This document shows, one piece after another, positions 12,441 to 22,436 of a stretch of 64,000 bases of DNA. Origin of the DNA: Pseudidiomarina sp. (lineage in GTDB: Bacteria; Pseudomonadota; Gammaproteobacteria; Enterobacterales; Alteromonadaceae); assembly GCF_048268165.1 (NCBI RefSeq), contig NZ_JBLWWA010000001.1, positions 526,134 to 590,133 of the forward strand. Reading direction: 5' to 3'. Below the pieces are notes generated by a model. That model was not told where the DNA came from. It did not search any database and saw only the letters and a program-made list of their open reading frames with translations. The position numbers and the translations under genes were made by a program. Position 1 is the first letter of the stretch. Each line of letters opens with the position of its first letter.

Positions 12441-14588
12441 ATGACCACACCGTCTTCTTCAATGCGTTTATTTGCAACCTGCGCAAAGGGCCTTGAGCCA
12501 CTCTTATTCGACGAGCTACATCAGTTAGGTGTTAGCGATGTTCGGCAAACTGCAGGAGGTTGCTGGTTTCAAAGTGATCTTGAAAATGCTTATCGTGTCT
12601 GCTTGTGGACGCGTTTAGCGAACCGCGTGTTGCTGACCCTTGGCGATACTTATTTTAAAAACGCTCAGGATATACCGGCAGCCGTTGCGGAAACGCCGTG
12701 GGAAGAGGTGTTTAGTTCTGACCAGACGTTCCTTATTGACTTTAGTGGACGCCACCATGAGATTCGTCACACGCAATTTGGCGCGCAACTGATTAAAGAC
12801 GGCATTGTGGACCGATTTCGTGCGCAAGGCCTTGAACGGCCAAATGTATCAAAAGAACAACCTGATATACGCATTAATGCGCACATTCAAAAAGATAAAC
12901 TCACGTGGTATCTCGATTTAGCAGGTGAAAGCCTGCACAAGCGGGGATACCGGCAGCAGCAAGGCGCGGCTCCGCTGCGTGAAACCTTAGCGGCGGCTGT
13001 TGTCATTCGTAGCGGTATGACGGCTGAAACTGAGGTTGTGTTTGATCCATTTTGTGGCTCAGGAACCCTGTTACTTGAAGCCGCAATGATTCGATTTGAC
13101 CGTGCACCAGGGCTAACTCGAAGCCACTGGGGTTTTGAGCAATGGCGCGGGCACGATGTGACGGCTTGGCAGCAGGTTCTTAGCGAAGCGCAGCAGCGAT
13201 ACGAAGCGGCGTGCGCGCAGCATCAAGCGCGTTTTATCGGGTACGATAATGACCCCAAGATGCTCGCAATCGCTGAACAAAATGCCATACGGCTCGGTTT
13301 AAATGAGCGTTGTGAATGGCAAGTTGGCAATGCTGAGCAGGTAACGCCACCAAATATCGAAAACCTTACACCGCAATCAGCACCTTTATTGATTTGTAAC
13401 CCGCCATACGGCGAACGTTTAGGCGAAGAGATTGAAACCTTGCTGATGTACCGTCGATTTGGGGCGCAGTTACGCAATCATTTCACCGGTTGGCAGGTTG
13501 GGGTATTAGCAGGTGACGACACCTTACTCAAACGTATGAAATTGCGCAGCCAACGCAAATACAAGCTCTTTAACGGTGCTTTAGAGACCACTTTAGCGCT
13601 TTATGATTTAACTATTGAGCAACCAGAGTTTACCCAAACGCAATCAAGTGATTTAGCCAATAGATTCAAGAAAAATTACCAGAAATTTGAAAAATGGGCG
13701 GCAAAAGAAGGGGTTAGTGCTTGGCGACTGTATGACGCCGACCTGCCGGAATACAATGCAGCAGTTGATGTATATGACGATTGCCTAGTGATTCAAGAAT
13801 ATGCAGCCCCGAAAGACATTCCTGAAGCCGTTGCAAAGGACAGGTTGTGGTTTTTAATCGATACGCTTGCCCAAGAACTACCTTTTGCCGCCGAAAATAT
13901 GACGTTAAAAGTTCGCCAGCGTCAATCTGGCAAGCAACAATATGAAAAACAAGAGCCGCGTGGTTTGGTTCGCATCGTGCATGAGTATGATGCGCAGTTT
14001 GAAGTGAACTTAAGTGATTATTTGGATACTGGCTTATTTCTTGACCACCGTTGGACGCGTCGTGAGCTTGGCAAATTAAGTGCCGGTAAAAACGTTCTTA
14101 ATTTGTTTGCATACACCTGTACCGCATCTGTTCACGCCGCTTTAGGTGGAGCGAAAGAGGTTGTTTCTGTTGATCTTTCACATACCTACCTTGCGTGGGG
14201 ACAACGAAACTTCAACTTGAATAAACTCTACGGGCGCCAATTTGAGTTTGTGCAAGCAGATTGCCTGCAATGGCTTCGTGACCAACGTCCTCAGCAACGT
14301 TTTGATGTTATTTTTCTAGATCCCCCAACGTTTTCAAATTCAAAGCGTATGGATGATGTGCTGGACATTCAGCGTGATCACGTAATGTTGTTGAAATTGG
14401 CGGCACGGTTATTAACCGATGACGGTGTAATATTGTTTTCCAACAACAAACGCCGTTTTAAACTCGATGAAGAAAGGCTAAATGGGGAGTATTTGATCGC
14501 TGAAGATTTAACCCAGCGTTCTATATCACCAGATTTTGCCCGTAATAAGGGTATTCATCATCTGTTTAAGGTACGTCACAGTGACTGA
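12441..14588 (+). CDS. rlmL: Bifunctional 23S rRNA m2G2445/m7G2069 methyltransferase
   Basis: THUMP region, APLRETLAAA, DPFCGSGT, NPPYGERL, DTGLFLDHR and DPPTFSNSKR. Start uncertain (12417 or 12441); a TATAAT at 12404-12409 favours the later start. Confidence 0.95.
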   Translation: MTTPSSSMRLFATCAKGLEPLLFDELHQLGVSDVRQTAGGCWFQSDLENAYRVCLWTRLANRVLLTLGDTYFKNAQDIPAAVAETPWEEVFSSDQTFLIDFSGRHHEIRHTQFGAQLIKDGIVDRFRAQGLERPNVSKEQPDIRINAHIQKDKLTWYLDLAGESLHKRGYRQQQGAAPLRETLAAAVVIRSGMTAETEVVFDPFCGSGTLLLEAAMIRFDRAPGLTRSHWGFEQWRGHDVTAWQQVLSEAQQRYEAACAQHQARFIGYDNDPKMLAIAEQNAIRLGLNERCEWQVGNAEQVTPPNIENLTPQSAPLLICNPPYGERLGEEIETLLMYRRFGAQLRNHFTGWQVGVLAGDDTLLKRMKLRSQRKYKLFNGALETTLALYDLTIEQPEFTQTQSSDLANRFKKNYQKFEKWAAKEGVSAWRLYDADLPEYNAAVDVYDDCLVIQEYAAPKDIPEAVAKDRLWFLIDTLAQELPFAAENMTLKVRQRQSGKQQYEKQEPRGLVRIVHEYDAQFEVNLSDYLDTGLFLDHRWTRRELGKLSAGKNVLNLFAYTCTASVHAALGGAKEVVSVDLSHTYLAWGQRNFNLNKLYGRQFEFVQADCLQWLRDQRPQQRFDVIFLDPPTFSNSKRMDDVLDIQRDHVMLLKLAARLLTDDGVILFSNNKRRFKLDEERLNGEYLIAEDLTQRSISPDFARNKGIHHLFKVRHSD

Positions 14589-14817
14589 TTTCTATTTACT
14601 GAGTAAGCCTAAGTGCCCACTCTGTGATGAAGCGCTCAAGTTGTTGCATCAGGCTAAGCCTGATAACCCAATACGGTTGCATGTTGTTGATATTACAGAG
14701 CAACCTGAACTACAAGATGAATATGCATGGTTGGTTCCGGTTTTAGTTCGGGCCCGTGACGATGCAGAATTGCGTTGGCCTTTTAGCCAACCTATTGAGG
14801 AATTTTTAAATACATGA
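14581..14817 (+). CDS. Glutaredoxin-like protein (DUF836 family)
   Basis: CPLC motif and thioredoxin-fold length. GTG start overlaps the rlmL stop; conserved position between rlmL and uup. Confidence 0.85.
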   Translation: MTDFYLLSKPKCPLCDEALKLLHQAKPDNPIRLHVVDITEQPELQDEYAWLVPVLVRARDDAELRWPFSQPIEEFLNT

Positions 14818-16721
14818 ATTTAGTGCGACTTAACCAAGCGCAGCTCGCGTTTGGTAACGATCCTATCTTGGATCATGCAGATCTGGTCATTGAATCAGGT
14901 GAACGTGTTTGTATCGTGGGCCGTAATGGCGCCGGGAAATCGACACTACTGAAAATTATTGCCGGCGATGTATTGCTTGATGACGGTGTGGTTCAAGTGG
15001 TGGGTGATACCGTTGTGGCGCGCTTACCGCAAGACCCACCCGCGAACTCGTCGCAATCGGTATATGACTACGTTGCTGAAGGGCTAGCTGATGTTGGTCG
15101 CGTATTGCAGCAATACCACAGTGCGGTGTCGCGATTGAATGACCACCCCGATGACGATAAAGCGTTACAGACCTTAGCGCGTTTGCAAACTGCAATAGAG
15201 GCCGCAGATGGCTGGCAACTGCAGTCGCGCATTGAAAGTATATTAACCCAACTAGAGCTCCCTGAAGACGCCACGATGGACTCATTATCCGGCGGTTGGC
15301 TGCGTCGCGTTGCGTTGGCACGCGCCTTAGTTGTTAGCCCTGATCTGTTGCTTCTTGATGAGCCAACCAACCACCTTGATGTAGAAATGGTGACTTGGCT
15401 TGAAACAATGGTTAAAGAGTTTCGCGGCGCGGTATTATTTATTAGCCACGATCGCGCTTTTATTCGTAATTTGGCAACCCGCATTATTGATCTTGATCGC
15501 GGCAAACTAACGAGTTTCCCTGGCGATTACGAGAAATATTTAACTGCTAAACAAGAGCAAATTGAAATTGAAGCGTCACAAAACGCCGAGTTTGATAAGA
15601 AACTCGCCCAAGAAGAGGCGTGGATTCGTCAGGGGGTTAAAGCGCGCCGAACCCGTAATGAAGGTCGTGTTCGTGCATTGCAAGCATTACGCCGCGAACG
15701 TCAAGCTCGGCGTGAGCAACAAGGTTCAGCCAAGCTTGCCGTGCAAGAAGCCAATCGTTCCGGCAAACTGGTATTTGAAGGCGAGCACTTAGATTTGAGT
15801 TTTGCAGATAAGCCAATACTGAAAGATTTTAGTTTAACGCTGCAGCGCGGCGACAAAATTGCACTGGTTGGCCCTAATGGTTGCGGTAAGAGTACACTGA
15901 TTCGTGTATTAATTGGGCAACAGAACGTTGACGCTGGCATGGTAAAGGTTGGTACGAATCTTCAAGTTGCTTATTTTGATCAACATCGTGCTCAGCTCGA
16001 TCCGGAACTTTCGGTCGCTGAAAATATAGGTGATGGTAAGCAAGACGTTACTTATAATGGCCGTACACGGCATATTCTAAGTTATTTACAGGACTTTTTA
16101 TTCAGTCCGAAACAAGCACGCACGCCAGTTAAAGCTTTGTCCGGTGGTGAACGCAACCGGGCATTACTGGCTAAATTATTTCTACAGCCAAGTAACTTCT
16201 TGATACTTGATGAACCAACCAACGACCTCGATATCGATACACTTGAGTTACTCGAACAGATTATTGCTGAGTATCAAGGCACGGTCATTCTGGTAAGTCA
16301 CGATCGCGAATTTGTTGATAATACTGCCACCAGCGTCTTGTTATTTGAGGGGCAGGGAGTAGTGACCGAAATTGTTGGTGGCTTCACCGAAATAAACCAT
16401 TATTTGCGAGAAAAACAGGGAACTAAACCTAGTTCAAGTCAGTCAGACAAGCCAGTTCAGAAAGAACGGGGTTCTGCTGAGCCGCGGAAAAAGTTATCCT
16501 ACAAATTACAACGCGAATTAGATATGCTGCCTGAGCAAGTTGCGGCGCTAGAAAAAGAACAACAACAATTAGAGCAGCAATCAAGCGCACCGGATTTTTA
16601 CAATCAGCCACATACAGTGACAGCGCCGGTACTTGAACGCTTAGGTGAATTAGAAAATGAACTTATGGCAGCCCTTGAACGCTGGGATGAGTTAGAAAAT
16701 CTACAACAAGAGAGTAGTTAA
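14814..16721 (+). CDS. uup: ABC-F ATPase Uup
   Basis: Two ABC domains (GRNGAGKST, LSGG, LLLDEPTN; GPNGCGKST, LSGGE, LILDEPTN), no TM segments, C-terminal KKLSYKLQREL coiled coil. Confidence 0.93.
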   Translation: MNLVRLNQAQLAFGNDPILDHADLVIESGERVCIVGRNGAGKSTLLKIIAGDVLLDDGVVQVVGDTVVARLPQDPPANSSQSVYDYVAEGLADVGRVLQQYHSAVSRLNDHPDDDKALQTLARLQTAIEAADGWQLQSRIESILTQLELPEDATMDSLSGGWLRRVALARALVVSPDLLLLDEPTNHLDVEMVTWLETMVKEFRGAVLFISHDRAFIRNLATRIIDLDRGKLTSFPGDYEKYLTAKQEQIEIEASQNAEFDKKLAQEEAWIRQGVKARRTRNEGRVRALQALRRERQARREQQGSAKLAVQEANRSGKLVFEGEHLDLSFADKPILKDFSLTLQRGDKIALVGPNGCGKSTLIRVLIGQQNVDAGMVKVGTNLQVAYFDQHRAQLDPELSVAENIGDGKQDVTYNGRTRHILSYLQDFLFSPKQARTPVKALSGGERNRALLAKLFLQPSNFLILDEPTNDLDIDTLELLEQIIAEYQGTVILVSHDREFVDNTATSVLLFEGQGVVTEIVGGFTEINHYLREKQGTKPSSSQSDKPVQKERGSAEPRKKLSYKLQRELDMLPEQVAALEKEQQQLEQQSSAPDFYNQPHTVTAPVLERLGELENELMAALERWDELENLQQESS

Positions 16722-16728
16722 GTCATAT

Positions 16729-18480
16729 ATGAAACAATTTAAGACCCGTTTGCTTGCGGCATCCGTTGCCGCGCTCGTTAGCACAGGTGCCGCTGCACAA
16801 AGTTACTCGCTACAAGTTATCGAATCACCTGAATCTGTTCGAAACGTATATGGTGTGGCCTTGAACGACCAAGGTATAGCGGCACTGCAAGCACGAATTC
16901 CTCGCAACGCTGAATTGGATTTCGAGTTCATTAGCTTGGCTTTACTGCAAGAACTGGGTATTCCTGCTGACTTTGATCCGGAAACCGATACGTTAAGTTA
17001 CGCGCAATACGTTGCGTTAGTACAACGCCTTGAAGACCGTGTGAATGAATCGCCTTCGTCGCTGCGTATTGCTGTGAATTTCGCCGCCGATTACGACGGC
17101 CAAACCCTGTCATTGCCTGCATTTCTAAATAGCGAAGGCAATGGGGCGTCGAGCCAATTGAACTCCGCCGATCATCAGTTTTTAGGCTTGAACCAGAACA
17201 ATATTCGAGTCGGTATAGCTACAGCGCCTTATGAGCGTTTTGAATACACGTACCAACCAGAGCCGGCAGAAGGACAGGACACACCTGATCCGGTCACGAC
17301 AAGCTATGTGAAGCGTGATTTTACCAGCCGTGCCATGTGGTATGACGGAACAACCTATAAGTTATTAGAGCCTTCTGAGCAAACCATTCTTGGTGGCGAG
17401 TCAGGCTTGTTTGATATCAATGAAAACAATGTTGCGGCTGGTTTTACGAGTGTATCAATAACACCTCGAGCACAAACTCGTATTGATACATGCCTTGAGT
17501 TTGATTCAGACCCAAGCTCCGCGATTCCAAGCTATACCTGTGTTTGGAGCGCTTGGCACGCCTTCCAACGTGGCACAGCGACTAACTTAAGTTCATTCCG
17601 TGGTACCGAGCTTCGCACCAATGGTTCCATCTACAACATGCATGCAACGCTGTGGCAGCTTGATGCTCAAGGCGAGGTTATCAGTCAAACTCAATATGCA
17701 CCACTGGTTGAGCAATTGGCAGACGACGAAAATGAGTGGTCAACGTATGCCTACGCAGTTAATAACAATGGTGTGGCAGTAGGCCAGAGCTGGACCTATT
17801 TTGGTGACGAGCCGCAAGTTGGTGGACGAATCAAAATGCCAGCCATATTTATCAATGGCGAAACGCGTCCTGTAATAACCGATGAAACCTATGTTTGGGG
17901 TACGGCCACAGATATCAATGATGATGATATAGCCGTAGGCTTCGTATTGCGAAACTTTGAAGGAACACGCCGTGCTTACCCGTTTAAGTATGATGTGAAC
18001 AGCGATGCCTTTGAGCTGTTGCCAACGTTCTTTACGGGTTCATCAACTTATCCAAACGCCATCAATAACCAAGGCTTTGTGGTTGGCAGCGCGGAAATAG
18101 ATTCGACTGCGAACACGACCCGCCGCCGCGTTGGTTTCGTTTATGACATGAACAATCCGGACCAAGGTTTGATAGATTTAAATGACGCCGTTGGCTGCAG
18201 CGCTGATTACTTTATCGTGTCAGCCGATGGTATCAACGAGCAAAATCAAATTTTGGTGACGGCAACGACTGACAAAGATTACACAAACTCGGAAGGGGAA
18301 ACTCAATCTGAACAAGTGTCATTGAGCTTAATTCTAAATCCTGAATCAGGTGAAATCACCAACTGCACAGACGAGGGCAGCCAAATTCAACGCCAGGGTG
18401 GGGCTATGTCTCCTTTGGGCCTGTTTGCTATGTTGCTGATTGGTGGTCTTATTACAGTTCGTCGTAAATTTATGCGTTAA
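16729..18480 (+). CDS. DUF3466-family exported protein with GlyGly-CTERM tail
   Basis: Signal peptide (…GAAA|QS), six x-[AD]-[ILV]-N-x-x-[GN] repeats, and a C-terminal GG + hydrophobic helix + RRKFMR. Position between uup and rmf is conserved in related genera. Confidence 0.8.
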   Translation: MKQFKTRLLAASVAALVSTGAAAQSYSLQVIESPESVRNVYGVALNDQGIAALQARIPRNAELDFEFISLALLQELGIPADFDPETDTLSYAQYVALVQRLEDRVNESPSSLRIAVNFAADYDGQTLSLPAFLNSEGNGASSQLNSADHQFLGLNQNNIRVGIATAPYERFEYTYQPEPAEGQDTPDPVTTSYVKRDFTSRAMWYDGTTYKLLEPSEQTILGGESGLFDINENNVAAGFTSVSITPRAQTRIDTCLEFDSDPSSAIPSYTCVWSAWHAFQRGTATNLSSFRGTELRTNGSIYNMHATLWQLDAQGEVISQTQYAPLVEQLADDENEWSTYAYAVNNNGVAVGQSWTYFGDEPQVGGRIKMPAIFINGETRPVITDETYVWGTATDINDDDIAVGFVLRNFEGTRRAYPFKYDVNSDAFELLPTFFTGSSTYPNAINNQGFVVGSAEIDSTANTTRRRVGFVYDMNNPDQGLIDLNDAVGCSADYFIVSADGINEQNQILVTATTDKDYTNSEGETQSEQVSLSLILNPESGEITNCTDEGSQIQRQGGAMSPLGLFAMLLIGGLITVRRKFMR

Positions 18481-18518
18481 TCAAACAAGTTAATCTAAGC
18501 AAACTTGTTTTAATAAAC

Positions 18519-18568
18519 GGCGTGTTTTCATTGACTTAAAATGTCATTCGAAAATACGCCTTTTTTTT
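18519..18568 (+). terminator. Intrinsic terminator after the rlmL-uup-DUF3466 unit
   Basis: GGCGTGTTTTC (18519-18529) pairs with GAAAATACGCC (18550-18560), followed by T8. A second inverted repeat AAACAAGTT/AACTTGTTT lies at 18483-18510. Confidence 0.75.
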
Positions 18569-18691
18569 GATTTGAACTCCCTCCCAAAATTGCTATCTAT
18601 TAATTAAGAGCATCAGCCAATGCAATAAATTGGCAGCCACGATGCTCTGAAAACAATTAAAATTTCGTAAAATCGGACGAGGAAGTGAATT

Positions 18692-18865
18692 ATGAAACGA
18701 CAAAAACGCGATCGCCTAGAACGTGCGCACGCACAGGGTTTCAAAGCCGGAGTATCTGGTCGTTCAAAGGAACTATGTCCTTATCAGAACCAAGAAGTAC
18801 GATCACAGTGGTTAGGCGGTTGGCGAGATGCCATGGAAGCGCGAGGTGGCGGTTTATTCCGCTGA
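18692..18865 (+). CDS. rmf: Ribosome modulation factor (57 aa; not in ORF track)
   Basis: Manual translation: MKRQKRDRLERAHAQGFKAGVSGRSKELCPYQNQEVRSQWLGGWRDAMEARGGGLFR. GAGGA RBS upstream. Confidence 0.97.
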   Translation: MKRQKRDRLERAHAQGFKAGVSGRSKELCPYQNQEVRSQWLGGWRDAMEARGGGLFR

Positions 18866-18911
18866 TATAAATCCCGTCCACACGTTGAGTGGAAAACTAA
18901 TCCTACCAATG

Positions 18912-18941
18912 AAAAAGCCCGCCAAAAATTAGCGGGCTTTT
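18912..18941. terminator. Bidirectional intrinsic terminator between rmf and fabA
   Basis: AAAAAGCCCGC-caaaaatta-GCGGGCTTTT, an A-tract and a T-tract flanking a GC stem between convergent genes. Confidence 0.85.
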
Positions 18942-18966
18942 AACGTTTATTCCGACTGCTGTTATT

Positions 18967-19479
18967 TTAGAAAGTTGACGTGTCAGTAAATAAACCAACT
19001 TTCAAATCTTTTGCGGTATAGATAGTTCTACCGTCGACTTCAACGCGTCCGTCAGCTATTCCCATATATAATGAACGCTTTAAAACGCGTTTATAATCAA
19101 TGAAATAACTTACTTTTTTAGCGGAAGGAAGAATTTGTCCAGTAAATTTAACTTCTCCAACACCAAGCGCGCGCCCGCGACCAGGGCCACCTAAACAGGC
19201 TAAGAAGAAACCTGTTAGTTGCCACATCGCATCGAGCCCAAGACAACCGGGCATAACCGGATCGCCAATAAAGTGACAGTCAAAAAACCATAAGTCGGGG
19301 TTAATATCCAGTTCGGCGTGAATATACCCTTTGCCGTAAGCTCCACCGTCTTCCGTAATCTCTAAGACACGGTCCATCATGAGCATATTAGGGGCAGGGA
19401 GCTGGCTATTACCAGGACCAAACATTTCGCCGCGTGAGCAAGCTAAGAGCTCTTCGCGAGTAAAACTATTTTGTTTCAT
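18967..19479 (-). CDS. fabA: 3-hydroxydecanoyl-ACP dehydratase/isomerase
   Basis: [12 protein letters not shown] and [25 protein letters not shown]. Start moved to MKQNSF (19479) by comparison with the E. coli N-terminus. Confidence 0.97.
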   Translation of the reverse strand: MKQNSFTREELLACSRGEMFGPGNSQLPAPNMLMMDRVLEITEDGGAYGKGYIHAELDINPDLWFFDCHFIGDPVMPGCLGLDAMWQLTGFFLACLGGPGRGRALGVGEVKFTGQILPSAKKVSYFIDYKRVLKRSLYMGIADGRVEVDGRTIYTAKDLKVGLFTDTSTF

Positions 19480-19546
19480 AAGTACCTTGTTTTGCTGCGT
19501 CAATCATTTGGAAACGCTAATCATTGTGAGGTTTCTCGCGTAGATT

Positions 19547-19564
19547 AGCGAACACGTGTACGCT
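19547..19564. promoter_or_regulatory. FabR operator upstream of fabA
   Basis: Near-perfect 18-bp palindrome AGCGAACACGTGTACGCT matching the FabR consensus as recalled from E. coli fabA/fabB. Confidence 0.85.
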
Positions 19565-19565
19565 T

Positions 19566-19582
19566 AACAAGTCCGACAAGTA
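19566..19582 (-). promoter_or_regulatory. FadR operator upstream of fabA
   Basis: Minus strand TACTTGTCGGACTTGTT versus the recalled E. coli fabA FadR site AACTGATCGGACTTGTT (14/17). It is adjacent to and upstream of the FabR site, as in E. coli. Confidence 0.75.
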
Positions 19583-21499
19583 TTATCGTGCAATAAATTT
19601 ACGCCACCAAGGCAGCTCACGGTCTATGTGCTGCAACTCATTTAAGCGCTGTTCAATGCGCGCATATAGTTGTTTTTGCTCAGATTGAGTCAGTAACTCC
19701 AAGGCCTGGCCAACGTGTTCTATTGCGTACACATGAAACTCATTGGCTTGAACAGCTTTAATCACGTCATCACCAAGATTGAGCTGGCTCAAGTTAGCAG
19801 CAGGAATAATCACGCCTTGTTGCCCACTCAGGCCCCGGATACGACAGAGTTCGAAATAACCTTCAATTTTTTCATTAACGGCACCAATTGCTTGTACACG
19901 GCCAAATTGATCAACCGCACCGGTAATCGCCAAACCTTGTTGAATAGGGGCCTCAGCAAGCGCTGATAGCAAGCAACACAGTTCCGCTAGCGACGCGCTG
20001 TCGCCGTCAACTTCATGGTAGGACTGTTCAAATACAATCGTGGCTGACAACGCCATGGCTTCATTGCGAGCAAATACGTTGGCGATGTAGGCACTTAAAA
20101 TCATTACACCTTTAGTATGGATACTGCCACTCAGTTCAGATTTACGATCAATATCAATAATGTCGCCATCACCATAATGCACCGTTGCTGTTATTCGCGT
20201 TGGTTCACCAAACTCATGACCGCCTGCGGTAATCACGGTTAAGCCATTAATCTGGCCGATAACTTCGCCTTCGGTGGCAATATAAACTTGCCCTTCAAGA
20301 ATAGAGCGACGACTAAGTTCAGCAATGTAGCCATCGCGCTGATCACGCTGAGCAAGCGCTTGGCGAATATGCTCACCGCTTATCTCTGCGCTCTGCGCCT
20401 TGGTTGCCAGTGCGCAAGCTTCACGTAACAACTGCATAATTGCGATGGTGTCGAGTGACAACTCCGTTTGAAAATCGGTAATACGCGTTACAAATTTAAA
20501 TAATGCGGAATACGCATCGGCAGCTAATGGCTGCACAGCCGCTTCGCGCACAACATAGCTTAAGTAATCGAAGTAGGGCGCCAGTGGCGCTTTTTGCAGC
20601 GAGTAATGTGATGAAAAGTCAGCTAAATAGGGAAATAAATTATCAAAATCACGATCGAGTTCCCGTAATTGAGCGTAAATTTCTCGCTCGCCAAGCAGTA
20701 GCACTTTTATGTGGACGGGAATCGCCTCGGGCTGATAATAGGCCGCGATGTTGGCGTCGCCAGGTTGCGCCCAATCAAATTCGCTAGTGCGTAGAATATA
20801 CTTTAATTTACGCCACAAACCTGGTTGTATTAGGAGTTCTTCCGCGTCAATGGCTAGCACACCACCGTTGGCCTTAAGTACCGCACCAGCTTCAATGAGG
20901 TGAAGATCGGACGAAATAGTTCCTTCAACACTTTGCAACCGAATGCTACCAAACAGCGTCGATTCTGTGACACGATCACACAACATGAACGGTTCATTTT
21001 CATCGTGAGTGACAATAACCGTCGCCAGTTCAGAACCGGGTAAATCGTCAAAGGTTCTATCTTCAATTAACCCAATATACTTAGCAACGCGTTCACTGGT
21101 GTAGGTTTCCAAAATAAAGTCTTTCAACGGGCCGCGTACAGAAACATCCGCCTGTAAAAATTCCCAAAGTTTAATCAGAAAATCGTTGGCTTTTCCGCAT
21201 GGTAGGTTTACGCAAAGCGGTTGATAGGCACTTTCTGGATTCGCTACATACACCCAGTCAAATTTACTGGCATGTAACCAGTGTTGTTCATTCTGAACTT
21301 CGTTCAGCACATCGAGTGTACGCATGCCGGCGGGCGTTACAATAAATCCATGTGCATAGCGGCCGGCTATGCTTAAAGCCTGCTGCAGAGCTGACAGCGC
21401 ACGCTGCTGCCCAACTAACGCACTAGGCGTTGAAGTGGCTGGCCGTTGGTCGGCCCATTCGGTTATTTGTGGTTGTAGTGCTTCCGCAGCAATGCGCAT
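19583..21499 (-). CDS. Lon-like (S16, YcbZ/LonC-type) protease
   Basis: Lon protease domain with GDSAS serine and downstream NEKIEG lysine, plus GQINGL and GEPTRITA. No canonical Walker A is visible. Adjacent to fabA like E. coli ycbZ. Confidence 0.85.
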   Translation of the reverse strand: MRIAAEALQPQITEWADQRPATSTPSALVGQQRALSALQQALSIAGRYAHGFIVTPAGMRTLDVLNEVQNEQHWLHASKFDWVYVANPESAYQPLCVNLPCGKANDFLIKLWEFLQADVSVRGPLKDFILETYTSERVAKYIGLIEDRTFDDLPGSELATVIVTHDENEPFMLCDRVTESTLFGSIRLQSVEGTISSDLHLIEAGAVLKANGGVLAIDAEELLIQPGLWRKLKYILRTSEFDWAQPGDANIAAYYQPEAIPVHIKVLLLGEREIYAQLRELDRDFDNLFPYLADFSSHYSLQKAPLAPYFDYLSYVVREAAVQPLAADAYSALFKFVTRITDFQTELSLDTIAIMQLLREACALATKAQSAEISGEHIRQALAQRDQRDGYIAELSRRSILEGQVYIATEGEVIGQINGLTVITAGGHEFGEPTRITATVHYGDGDIIDIDRKSELSGSIHTKGVMILSAYIANVFARNEAMALSATIVFEQSYHEVDGDSASLAELCCLLSALAEAPIQQGLAITGAVDQFGRVQAIGAVNEKIEGYFELCRIRGLSGQQGVIIPAANLSQLNLGDDVIKAVQANEFHVYAIEHVGQALELLTQSEQKQLYARIEQRLNELQHIDRELPWWRKFIAR

Positions 21500-21563
21500 T
21501 CTTTGTCTCCCTTTGAGTTACAGCCCATGATACCACTGTAAGTGGCGCTCGCCACGCATTCCC

Positions 21564-22436
21564 TTAATCCTGAATAACAAAACTGACTTGAATCGGGGTA
21601 ACTGTATATCCCTCGCTTTCTAACAACGCGACAAGCCCGTTTGAACCGCCTAAATGACCAGCTCCGACTGCAATAAACGTGGATTGGGTTGCCAGCAATT
21701 TCGGAAGTTTCTCAAGCCATTGCTCATTTCGACGATCAAGCAGCCCATATTGATAGTCACCAAAGTCATCTTGATCTTGAATAAGTTGATAAACTTCGTC
21801 ACCGTTACCGGCTAAATAGGCTTGCTCAAGCTGCTGTAACGATTGCTTACTTTGGGCTGGCTCGGTAGCCAACTCAAATAGTGAGGTGACTTGTAAATTA
21901 AGTGGAATGGCGTCAAAAAGCGAAATCTGGTCGGCCACAGACTCCAAACCAACAATAGTTTTTTGGGTTTGGTTTGCCTGAATTGTAAAAAATTCATCCA
22001 GCCTTAATGGCGCGGTTGCACACTCCAGATAGTTTTGTAGAAATAGGGCACTTAAAAACACTGGCCGTAACGCTGAAATCTGTTGAAACGGTACGTTTAA
22101 CTCGTTCTCAACCAGCGCCTTGAATCGCAAAAAATCTGCATCATTCAATGTTTGCTGCAAATAATCTGCTGGTTGTTGCAATACATTTTGTCGCAGGGCG
22201 AGTTGTTGCTCTGGCTCCGCTAAATTCACTTCAACAACAAGTTGCTGGGAGCTTTCAAACGCACTAAGAACCGGCTTAGGCGTTTCTATTTCAACACCAC
22301 AAACCATATGCATAGTACCGAAAAGATACGAAGTAGGTTGGTGGTCGGGATGAGAAACCTTAAAAAATATGTTCGCCTGAACCGGCGTCAGAACGGCAAA
22401 GTAAAGTAAAAAAGTAATAACAAATAAATAGCGCAT
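21564..22436 (-). CDS. TraB/GumN-family exported protein
   Basis: Signal peptide, SYLFGTMH, GLES..DQ, RRNEQW and FIAVGAGHL motifs. Confidence 0.85.
   Translation of the reverse strand: MRYLFVITFLLYFAVLTPVQANIFFKVSHPDHQPTSYLFGTMHMVCGVEIETPKPVLSAFESSQQLVVEVNLAEPEQQLALRQNVLQQPADYLQQTLNDADFLRFKALVENELNVPFQQISALRPVFLSALFLQNYLECATAPLRLDEFFTIQANQTQKTIVGLESVADQISLFDAIPLNLQVTSLFELATEPAQSKQSLQQLEQAYLAGNGDEVYQLIQDQDDFGDYQYGLLDRRNEQWLEKLPKLLATQSTFIAVGAGHLGGSNGLVALLESEGYTVTPIQVSFVIQD

Noticed and set aside
18579-18586. CCCTCCCA as a wrongly oriented KOPS
   Set aside because: It does not match CCCTNCCC.
18685-18870. 61-aa ORF in the track (MNYETTKTRSP…)
   Set aside because: It is an out-of-frame shadow of the real rmf gene (18692-18865).
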